A program made the translations under genes and the position numbers. The notes under the pieces were generated by a model. That model was given only the letters and a program-made list of their open reading frames with translations. It did not search any database and was not told the origin of the DNA. A stretch of 64,000 nt of DNA from the human T2T-CHM13v2.0 reference genome, Homo sapiens: NCBI RefSeq assembly GCF_009914755.1, contig NC_060937.1. The stretch is one strand, 5' to 3'. Below are positions 1 to 14,805 of this stretch, piece by piece (position 1 is the first letter of the stretch; each line of letters begins with the position of its first letter).

Positions 1-670
1 CCCCTTATTAATAGCAACTTATGAGAAATAGCAGCTTCTGAGAGATGAATAAAAATCAGCGGATCTGTCACTGTGTCAGGATTAACATTTTTGTCTTTAT
101 ACTTTATTTTATTTAGTGTATAGTAAAAAATAATTTTATCTTTACATTATATGTCTATTTACACACACACAAATCCTCCTTTTTAACTGACAAATAATTA
201 CACATATATATGAGGTACATGTGATATTTTGATACGTGTATACAATATGTAATGATGAAATCAGGGTAATTATATCTGTCACCTCAAACATTTACCATCT
301 TTGTGTTGAGAACATTCAAAACTCTCATCTAGCTATTTTGAAATATACAATAAATTATTGTTAATTATAATCACCCTAGTGTTTTATTGAACACTAGAAC
401 TTATTCCTCCTAACTGTAATTTAATTCCCATTAATCAACCTCTCCCACTGTCCCTTAACGTTCACCCTTCCCAGCCTCTAGTAATTACTATGCTGCTCTT
501 CTATGAGACAACTTTTTTATCTCTCACATATGAGAGAGAATATGCAGTATTTGTCTTTCTGTGGTTGGATTATGTCACTTAATGTAATGTCCTTCAGGCT
601 TATCCATGTTGCTGAGAATGGCAGGATTTCTTTCTTTTATATAACTGAATAATAATCCATTATGTGTAGA

Positions 671-1339
<669 letters not shown>

Positions 1340-1718
1340 TATACCACGTTTTCTTTATCCCTTCATCTGATGGTGGGCACTTAGGTTGATTTCATAACTT
1401 GGCTATTGTGACTAGTGCTGCAGTAAATATGGGAGATATCTCTTTGACCCACTGCTTTCCTTTCCTTTGGATAAATACCCAGTAGTGGGATTGCTCAATC
1501 ATATGCTAGTTCTATTTTTAGTTTTTTTGAGCAACCTCCATATTGTTTTCTGTAATGGCTGCACTAATTTACATTCCCACCAACAGTACATAAGAGTTCT
1601 TCTTTCTTCACATCCTCACCAGTATTTGTTATTTTTTTGTCTTTTTGATTATAGCAGTTTTAACTGGGTTGAAATGAGATAATATCTCATTTTGTTTTGA
1701 TTTGCATTTCCCTGATGA

Positions 1719-2158
1719 TGTTACTGAGACACCCAGTCTAGATCCTGCTGCTCACTGCACAGTAAGCCAATCACTGAGACAATGAGTGTTGCCAGGAAAG
1801 AAGGCTTTATTTGGGTGCTACAGCTGAAGAGATGGGTCGTCAGTCTCAAATCCATCTCCCTGATGGGCTAAAATTAGGGGTTTATATAGCAGAGAAGAAA
1901 TCTATGTGCAGGAAAATAGGAACTAAGGAGGGGTAAGGAAGCAATTCTGATGAATGAGGGGTGTGGCATCTCATTGTCTGGATGTGGTGATCTGGTTAAT
2001 TTTAGTTCTTTGATACTTTTTGAAAGGCCTGAGTGTCATTTCCTGAGGAAAGAACTCAGATAAAGATAAATCAAATGAAAGTTTCAGATTTTAAGATCAG
2101 AAGGGTCAATTTCTGTTTATACAAAAAAACTGTCTATGGGACTATTGGGCTGATTTCA
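1719..2158 (-). mobile_element. ERV1-class solo LTR (family uncertain)
   Basis: TG...CA termini, imperfect 4-bp TSD atga/atgg, minus-strand AATAAA near 1805; L1 resumes on both sides. Confidence 0.7.
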
Positions 2159-2264
2159 ATGGTAAATGATGTTGACATTTTTTCATATACCTGTTGACCA
2201 TTTGTATGGTCTTTTGAAAAATGATATTCAAATCATTTGCCCATTTTTAAATTGGATTGTTTGG

Positions 2265-2575
<311 letters not shown>

Positions 2576-3929
2576 GGGTTTATTTTTTGTTTTGTTTAGT
2601 TTTGTTTTGCTTTTGAATTGTTATGTTCCTTATATATTCTAGATATTAACTCCTTGTCAGATGGATAGTTTGCAATTATTTTCCTTCATTCTGTAGGTTG
2701 TCTCTTCACTCTGTTGATTGAATTCTTAGCTATGCAGAAGCTTTTTAGTTTGATATAATCTCGTTTGTCTATTTTTACTTGTGTGCCTGTGTTTTTGAGG
2801 TCTTATCCAAAAAATCTTTGCCCAGACCAACATCCTGAACAACAAACCCCTCTCTCTTATATTATTGATAGCCAAAGTTCTCTTTTTATTATTTTGAATT
2901 ATTTGCTTATTTGTAATAGGTGTTTTTCCTAGTTATTTATTGATTTCTTTTAGACTGATAAGAAATTTTAGGTCATAAATTAGTTGCTACATAGACATTT
3001 CTTAACCAGTGAGATTGAAATTGTTTCCTTTATTCAAAACCTGTAATGAAGCTTAGCTTACAACTGCTTTCCTATTTAATTTTGAAGTGTAAGTAGTAGT
3101 GTTCTTGAATTTTGGTTGTTCTTCCCGCAATGTCTTTCTGTTGTCAGTCTAGTAAAGGGGCCAGAAGCACAGGCTCTGGAATCACAGGCTGGAAGCATAT
3201 CCTACTGACACCTTTGGATGGTTACTCAGCTTTTTTGTATCCCCTGTTTTTTATTTTTTTCATCTGTGAAACTCGGAGATAATAATGGTACCTACTTCAT
3301 ATGTGAGAATTAAAACATTTAGAGCTAATACTACTGCTACTTGGCACAAATCATAACACTCTTGCTCAAAGCTCTCAGTAAACACGACTATTGCTATTCT
3401 TTACTTTTTCCTCTACAAGGCATACTTTTAAAAAAACAGTTTTACCATTTCTTAAATTAATACATTTTATATAATTTGCATGAAATATATTTATTTTTTT
3501 CCAGAAATACATAAAATTATGGAGTTTCAGAAGATATTGAGAATATATTTTTTAAAATGATTATAGAAAGATGTTCTTTTGATTTACATTTATCTCAAAT
3601 GAACTTTTCTACCAAGGATTTTGTTGGATGCAGTTACAGCTGTCTATTTATTGGAGCATAGTTAACCTATTATAATGTGCTTCTTTTTGTTGTCACAATT
3701 GATATTATATTTTCCCATGAATATTTGATAATTAAAGCATCTTAGTTTTTTTTTTTTTTTTTTTTTTTACAGCAGACATCAAAACATCTCAATTTATATA
3801 TGAGAGAATTTATGGAGGCTTAAAACTAACAAACAAACTTGGGACTTGTGCAAGGTTATCCAGTGATAATTGTAGGACTCAATCGATGTAACTCAGAAGA
3901 TCTGAATCATAGTAATATAAGCATACTAA

Positions 3930-5320
<1,391 letters not shown>

Positions 5321-6508
5321 TAATATAGAATCGAGGAAGTTGTTTATTCCATCCTCATTCCTCTTAACATGCATATGGTTGGTGGTATGATAAACCATAT
5401 GGGGTTAAGATAAAGTATGACCATGCATTTACCAACAGTGTGTGGGTTGATGTGGTCAAAATCTATGTGAGTTCTTTAATGATTATTTCAGGTTTTTTTT
5501 TTTTTTAATAAGGAAGTAAGCATGGTCAACAGTGACATGAGAAGGAGGTTTGAGAAGTGAGGAGAATGTGTAAAATAGTGGTCTAGAAGATTAGGTATAT
5601 GTGTGTGCTAGGGAAATATGGTAAGATTGCTAGACAGCATTAAGGCCCACTTGAGTTTCACAGTCATGATGATCTCATGGATGCCTAATTCATATAATAT
5701 GAGCAAAAAGATGTGGCTCATAAAGGGCAACACCAGTTACCTTATGGGTAATATTTAGGTTGTGATGGTTCTAGATATTTATATGAGTGAGTAGTAACTA
5801 TTTTAGAGCAGTAAAAAGCAACTCCGAAAATGCTGCTTATCCTATTCCTTAATCCATACAATGGAAAGAAAATTATAAGTAAATGCATCCAGAAGATGGG
5901 ACTATTTCACTGGCACCAAAGGAAAAAACACTTTTGGAATTAGGGGATGTAAATTTTGGAAATATATTTAATTTGGAGCAGGTGAGATTCCAGACTTTTC
6001 AGGTAATTTTGTTCTAGTATATTAACCAAAATAGTAAATACCATCTGTTATTGAGTGTTTGCCATGTGCCAGCTACTGAGATAATCACTTCATATCAATG
6101 ATGTCATTTAATTCTCCAAATATCCCAATGAGGTAGGTTTTCTAATCCCAGTTTTAAAGATGAAAAACCTGAGGCTCTGTGGAAGGTGGAAGTTAAGTGA
6201 CTTGCCTGAAGGCTAAAGATAGTGGCTGGGCCAAGATAAGTCCCAGCCTTGTCTAGTTACAAAGCCTATGTGCTTAACTGTGCTACCTTGCCTCCTAGTC
6301 TAATAAATTTTGTATCACATTAATAAATACGTTTTTCTAGTTATACAAGTAATGACTATGAAGGCATTTCAAATATTTTTTTTTTTGCTGGGATTCCATA
6401 AACCCAAAATTGAATGAATCTAGTAATGAATCCTTGGTAATTGAAGATGTGGTTTTAATTTTGATTTGAGTTAAATGTAAATACTGTAGTTTATCAGCTA
6501 CCTAATAG

Positions 6509-6914
<406 letters not shown>

Positions 6915-7076
6915 TCAAATAATTTTCTAATGTTATTGTATTATATATAATTTATATGTAAGATGTTTCCTTACTGTAATCATTTTAAAACATATTTTAA
7001 AATATTGGTCATTGTCTCTAATAAAAATTGTTTTAGCTTCTTCTTTTATTATATCCATGAGAACTATAAAAATATT

Positions 7077-7375
<299 letters not shown>

Positions 7376-8131
7376 CTATAAAAATATTGTTTAACCAAAT
7401 GTTTCATACTGTACAGGTAACAACTGGCGATGCTTTTCAGTTATGAAGTTGTGTCTTTCAAAACCAATATTATTTATGTCCTAATCTTTTCCTAATAGTT
7501 TTGAAAAACAAATATAAGATAAAATCAAATTTTCAAATTTAATGTCACATATATATTTATTCAAAAAAGACAGGCCAAATAAGAAATACAGACTTAAAAG
7601 CTTTTATATGCAGTCGGTAAGAAATGACATATTACATGATTAATGAAAATAATAAATTAGTAATGAGAGTTTCAATCTAATGTTCAAACTTGTTTACTAA
7701 GATTATGCAATCATAATACTGAACTATGGACATAATTTTAATGATTCAAGATAACCTTGCCTGGTAGCTGGATTTAGAACCCAACTCTCAAGGCAGTAGT
7801 CAAGTATTTTACCCTAAAATCATTTTAACAAGTAGTCTTCATAATGCTTGTAGTATTTTCTTCTCTATAGTTGTACACTCATTTTCATGACTTCCCTTTT
7901 ATTCACAAATCATGTAATTATTTTTATTGCCTGGCCTGGATTTGTGAATAAGAGATTGTGACTAGTAGATATTTTTGCTATTCAAAAGGAGTAAGTTAAT
8001 ATTTTATTTTTTCATGTAAAACATAATTAGGAAACTTAATTACTTCAGTTGTTTTTAGTCATAGCTTAGTTTTTAGAACTATTTTTAAATGCTGTCTACA
8101 TACCTCTCTTTTATCTTTCTCTTATGTAAAG

Positions 8132-8272
8132 ACCAAGACATTTGGAGGAGGTGGTGGTGGTGCTAGAAGTAATCTCAATATGAATGCTGCTGGTAACCGA
8201 AATAGGGAAGTTTTACAGAAAGAAAAGTCAACCAAATCAGAGGGAAAACATGAAGGTGTCTATAGAGAACTG
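8132..8272 (+). CDS. TDRD3: TDRD3 internal coding exon, 141 nt, phase 0-0 ([16 protein letters not shown]...HEGVYREL)
   Basis: Pyrimidine tract and AG at 8130-8131, GTAAG donor at 8273; open frame joins the UBA exon in frame. Not in the ORF track; read manually. Confidence 0.93.
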
Positions 8273-8995
8273 GTAAGGCTAAAGAACTAACCACAAATTT
8301 AAAGTGTTATTTCTTAAAATGATTCTTTTATTCTTTCTTACCACCACCACTGGCTTTGTGCAATGTATTATGGATAGATGTTATAACTCTTGAAGGCTTT
8401 CATTAAGGATTACAATTAAATCATTAAAAATTTGGATTGTTTGAAAAATAATTTACTTAAAACTTCTATCTCACTTAAATTACTAATGTCCTAATAATAT
8501 ATTTTGGAATGGATTGATAAAAAGCCATCAAAAGATGATGCATCAAAAACATACATTTTTCTGTGCTTCCCCACCTTCCCCACATCTTTTGTCAAATTTT
8601 GTCTAAAGTGATTTTGTTTTGTTTTCTACTGCTCTTTGGGAAGAATATTGTGAAACAAGCATATGTATTATGTGGACCCAATTGCAAAATATTCTTGAAT
8701 TTTTAAGATAAATGAGTGGAGTCAAACATATTTCTGGCATGCTGTAGTGTTCTCAGATCTAAGGATGTTTGCAAAAATTCATTTTCCTCTCCCTTTAGAG
8801 GTTGAATGACTTTGGTTGATTTTTGTCTTTAGGGTACAGAATATCCCAAAACAGCTTAAACCATGGAGGTTTATTATTTCATATAACAAGAAGTTCAGAA
8901 GTAGATGGTTACAAGTGTTGGTAAATTCAGCAGTATAACAATATTAGGGCATTTGTGGGTATTTCCATGATTTCTTGGCTTTCTCCTTAGTGTTA

Positions 8996-9607
<612 letters not shown>

Positions 9608-10048
9608 CGTGATGGCTAATATGGAGTGTCAACTTGATTGGATTGAAGAATACAAAGTATTGATCCTGAGTGTGTCTGTGAGGGTGTTGCCAAAGGAGAT
9701 TAACATTTGAGTCAGTGACTTGGGAAAGGCAGACCCACCCTTAATCTGGGTGAGCACAATCTAGTCACCTGCCAGTATGGCTACAATATAAACAGGTAGA
9801 AAAATGTGAAAAGACAGACTGGCCTAGGCTCCCAGCCTACATCTTTATCCTGTGCTGGATGCTTCCTAACCTCAAACATCAGACTCCAAGTTCTTCAGTT
9901 TTGGAACTTGGACTGGCTCTCCTTGCTCCGTAGCCTGCAGATGGTCTATTGTGGGACCTTGTGAGTTAATACTTAACAAACTCCCATATATATATATATA
10001 TATATATATATCCTCTAAAGTTTTGTCCCTCTAAAGAACCCTAATACA
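9608..10048 (+). mobile_element. MLT2A-type 5' LTR of HERV-L
   Basis: gtgatggctaatat...gtcaacttgattggattga start, (TA)n near the 3' end, ends ccctaataca directly before the PBS. Confidence 0.9.
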
Positions 10049-10053
10049 GATTT

Positions 10054-10071
10054 TGGTACCAGGAGTGGTTC
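10054..10071 (+). promoter_or_regulatory. HERV-L primer-binding site (tRNA-Leu type)
   Basis: TGGTACCAGGAGTGG, 5 nt after the LTR end, complementary to a tRNA-Leu 3' end. Confidence 0.8.
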
Positions 10072-10475
10072 TAGAGGAACAAAATATTAAGGATGTATTT
10101 GTTTCGTTAGATTTGGGATTTTTGGAGTTGGCTGCTTAATATGATTAGATCCAAAACTGCTATGGACTCTACTTCTAATAGTGTGGAGAACACTGATAGT
10201 CCTTCACATGAACTTTTTAGAGAGTTATGCAAAATAAATGCATTTACTGTTTTTGATTCATCACTCATGAGAGGCAAGGAGTTTAGTGACTCTATACATA
10301 ATACCTTTGACCATATGTGGAGAACCAAGGAACATAATGAAGCTGGTTGGTTGCTTCTAAGTTTGGTGGACAAAGTGATGAAAGAAAATGATGAACTCAG
10401 GCATCCTATCTCCTGGCTTCAGAAGCAGATACTGAGCCTCAAATCTGCTAAGATTGCCCTGAGTAAGAGTCTTAT

Positions 10476-11218
10476 TGTTACTGGAGGGTCCTTGTTCTTA
10501 GAGCTCCCAAGATGGTGGTGGGCTGCTTCCAAGATGGCAGCAAGCTGCTTGTTCTCTGACCTGGCATTCTTGGCCTCATGGATTCTAAGGAATGGAACCT
10601 TGGGCCATGCAGTGTTATAGCTCTGTTAGAAGCGGTGGGTCACGGAAGAAAACCGTGGAACCCAGCAACTAGTGTTCAGCTCAATTAGGACGAACCGGGG
10701 ACTTAGCCATACAGGAACAATGGCAAGTCTTTAGCCTGATTGGGAGCGGCAGCTGGCACCCCACTGGATCAGAAACACAGTGGACACCCTGCTGGATCCG
10801 GAAGGGTGGAAGTCAACGGCGGGTCTGGGACGGCGGTGAACAGCAGTGGTGGATGGCAAGCGAAAGCTCAGCTTGAGTCTTAACAAACATGGACCAGAAG
10901 AGTGTGCAGTTGCAAGATTTAATAGAGTGAAAACAGAGCTCCCATAAAATGGGAGGGGACCCAAAGGGGGTTGTCATTGCCAGCTCGAATGCCTGGGTTT
11001 AGATCCCGATCATTGTCCCTCCCCCTGTGCTCTCAGGTGATAGATGATTGGCTATTTCTTCTGTTTTTGCCTAATTAGCATTTTAGTGAGCTCTCTTTAC
11101 TACCTGATTGGTCGGGTGTGAACTAAGCTCCGTGTTTAAAGGTGGGTGCAGTCACCTTCCCCAGCTAGGCTTAGGAATTCTTAGTCGGCCTAGGAAATCC
11201 AGCTAGTCCTGTCTTTCA
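10476..11218 (-). mobile_element. LTR17 (HERV-W) solo LTR inserted in HERV-L gag
   Basis: Minus strand starts TGAAAGACAGGACTAGCTGGATTTCCTAGGCCGACTAAG; perfect TSD TTAT at 10472-10475 and 11219-11222; removing it restores gag frame LSKSLISCGEKAEIVEKQTQ. Confidence 0.92.
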
Positions 11219-14200
11219 TTATCTCCTGTGGAGAAAAAGCTGAAATTGTGGAAAAACAGACACAAGCTCTTATCATGTGAGTGGCTGACATGAAATGAAA
11301 GGTGCATGCACAGTCTTGCCAGGTGTCTACTTTTAAAGTGAGGGCATTGGTTGGAAAAGAGTAGGACCTTGTAGCTTGGAATGGGGATGTGTGGGTGGGC
11401 CCTGATGAAGCTGGGGACACTGAGTTTGTAAACTCTGATGAATTTTTTTTTGCTAGAAGAAACAGCTTCCCCATCCCCAGTAATGGCTTGAGTTTTCTAA
11501 TTTATATAAACAGAAATCTGAAGAGCAGACATGGGAATGTATATTAAGGGTGTGGGATAATGGTGGAAGCAACATTGAGTTGGATCAGGCTGAATTTATT
11601 GATTCAGGCCTGCTAAGTAGGCCTGAATCTGCATTTAATATTGCAGCTCGGGGGGTTAAAAAAAAAGGCTAATAGTTTATTTGCTTGGTTAGCTGAAATG
11701 TGGATTAAAAGATGGCCCACTGTGAGCAAGCTGGAAATGCCTGATCTCCCTTGGCTTAATGTAGAGGAAGGGATACAATGGCTTAGGGAGATTGGGATGG
11801 TGGAGTGGATTAGTCTCTTTAGACCTACTCATTCCAGCTGGGAGGGTCCAGAAGATATACCCTTGAGCAACGCCTTGCAAAATAGATTTGTGAGGGCAGC
11901 ACAGGCATCTTTGAAGATGCCCTGTAATTGCTCTTCTCTGTATGTCAGAGCTAACAGTGTGAACTGCAGTCACTCAACTACAAAATTTAACTGCAGTGGG
12001 AATAATTGGATCCCAAGGTGGCAGGGGCCAAGTGGTGGCACTCAACCATCAAAGGCAAGGTTAAGCGTGGCTACTGTAATGGACGGTAGAAGCAAAACGG
12101 CAATCAGAATATTCTGACTTGTGTAGAGCTCTGGCATTGGCTAATTAATCATGGTGTTCCTAGATGTGAAATTGATAGGAAGCCTACTGCATTCCTACAT
12201 AATTTAGACAAGCAGAAAGCTTCTAGGTCTAATGGACAAAAGACTAATTTGAATTATGAAAGTAGAGATTTGTGGCCCCTCAATCAATTTTCAGCCAGTT
12301 TACAGACCCAGAATCCCTTGAATGAAGGGGAGGCTGGGTCCCCTTGAGGAAAGACCCCACCGACAGTTTATGCAGTGAGTCTTTCTTCTATCCTTCCCCA
12401 AGGAGACCTCCGGCCTTTTACCAGGGTAACTGTGCATTGGGGAAAGAGAAATGATCAAACGTTTTGGGGACTACTGGAAACTGGCTCAGCTGATGTTGAT
12501 TCCAGGGGACCCAAAATGTCACTGTGGTCCTCCAGTTAAAGTAGGGGCTTATGGAGGTCAGGAAATTAAAGGAGTTTTAGCTCAGGTCCAAATTACAGTG
12601 GGTCCAGTGGGTACGCGGACTCATCCTGTGGTCATTTCCCCAGTGCCAGAATGCATAATTGGAATAGACATACTTAGCAGCTGGCAGAACCCTCACACTG
12701 GCTCCCTGACTGGTAGGGTGAGGGTGATTATGGTGGAAAAGGCCAAATGGAAGCCATTAGAGCTGCCTCTACCTAGAAAAATAGTAAATCAAAAACAATA
12801 TTGCATCCCTGGAGGGATTGCAGAGATTAGTGCCACCATCAAGGACCTGAAAGACACAGGGGTGATGATTCCCACCACATCCCCATTCAACTCTCCCATT
12901 TGGCCTGTGCAGAAGACAGATGGATCTTGGAGAATTACAGTGGATTATCAAGTGGTGACTCCAATTGCAGCTGCTGTACCAGATGTGGTTTCATTGCTTG
13001 AGCAAATTAACACATCTCCTGGTACCTGGTATGTAGTCATTGACTTGGCAAATGCCTTTTTCTCCATTCTGGTCCATAAGGTCCACCCGAAGCAATTTGC
13101 CTTCAGCTGGCAAGGCCAGAAATATACCTTTACTGTCCTTCCTCAGGGGTATATCAACTCTCTGGCTTTGTGTCATAATTGTATTCAGAGAGAACTTGAT
13201 CACTTTTCACTTCTGCAAGATATCACACTGGTCTCTTACAGTGATGACATATGCTGATTGGATCCAGTAAGCACGAAGTAGCAAACACAGTGGGCTTATT
13301 GGTGAGATATTTGCATGCCAGAGGATGGGAAATAAATCTGACTAAAATTCAGGAATGTTCTGCCTCAGGAAAATTTCTAGGGGTCCAGTGGTGTGGGGCG
13401 TGTTGAGATATTCGTTCTAAGGTGAAGGATAAGTTGCTGCATTTATAACCAAGAAAGAGGCACAATGCCTAGTGGGCCTATTTGGATTTTGGAGGCAACA
13501 CATTACTCATTTGGATGTGTTACTCTGGCGGATTTATCAAGTGACCCAAAAGGCTGCCAGTTTTGAGTGGGGTCCAGAACAGGAGAAGGCTCTGCAACAG
13601 GTCCAGGCTGCTGTGCAAGCTGCTCTGCCACTTGGGCCATATGACCCAGCAGATCCAATGGTGCTTGAGGTGTCAGTGGCACAGATGCTAGTTGGAGCCT
13701 TTCGCAGGCCGCCATAGGTGAATCACAGCAGAAGCCTCTAGGATTTTGGAGCAAGGCCCTGCCATCTTCTGTGGATAACTGCTCTTTTTTTGAGAGACGG
13801 CTCTTGGCCTGTTACTGGGTTTTGGTGGAAACCGAACATTTGACTATGGGTCATCAAGTCACCATGCAACCTGAACTGCCTATCATGAACTGGGTGCTTT
13901 CTGACCTATCTCACCATAAAATGGCTCATGCACAGCAGCATTCCATTATCAAATGGAAGTTGTATATGTGATTGGGCTTGAGCAGGTCCTGAAGGCACAA
14001 GTAAGTTACATGAGGAAGTGGCTCAAATGTCCATGGTCTCCAATCCTGCCACCCTGCCTTGTCTCCCCAAGTCTGCACCAGTGGCCTCATGGGGAGTCCC
14101 TATGATCAGTTGACAGAGGAAGAGAAGACTGGGGCCTGGTTCACAGAGGGTTCTGCACAATATGCAGGCACCACCCAAAAGTGGACAGCTACAGCCTACA

Positions 14201-14805
14201 GCCCCTTTCTAAGACATTTCTGAAGGATAGCAGTGAAGGGTAATCTTCCCAGTGGGCAGAACTTCAAGCAGTGCACCTAGTTGTGCACTTTGCATTTAAG
14301 GAGAAATGGCGAAATGTGCGATTATATACTGATTTATGGGCTGTAGCCAATGGTTTGGCTGGATTATCAGGGACTTGGAAGAAGCATGATTGGAAAATTG
14401 GTGACAAAGAAATTTGGGAAAGAGGTATGTTGATGGACCACTCTGAGTGGTCAAAAACTGTGAAGATGTTTGTATCCCATGTGAGTGCTAATCAATGGGT
14501 GACCTCAGCAGAGGAGGATTTTAGTAATCAAGTGGATAGGATGACCCATTCTGTGGACACCACCTCAACCTCTGTTCCAGCCACACCTATTATATTCCAA
14601 TGTGCCCATGAACAAAGTGGCCATGGTGGGAGGGAGGGAGGTTACGCTTGGGCTCAGCAACATGGAACTCCACTCACCAAGGCTGACCTGGCTATGGCCA
14701 GTGACTATTCCTTGGGGTGATCAGCCAGCTACCTGTTGGCACGTTGATTATATTGCACATTTTCCATCATGGAAAGGGCAGAGGTTTGTTCTCACTGGAA
14801 TAGCC

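Larger units (their letters stand above)
10049..14805 (+). pseudogene. HERV-L internal region: broken gag, pro/RT, RNase H and start of integrase; 3' end and 3' LTR missing
   Basis: ORFs 10141-10620 (gag), 12451-13257 ([28 protein letters not shown]), 14271-14720 (RNase H, HEQSGHGG); many stops and frameshifts. Confidence 0.92.

Noticed and set aside
12451-13257. 268-aa RT-containing ORF as a domesticated or active gene
   Set aside because: It stops just after a degenerate YSDD motif, appears to have a deletion after VDY, and is surrounded by frameshifted pol fragments; ordinary HERV-L decay.
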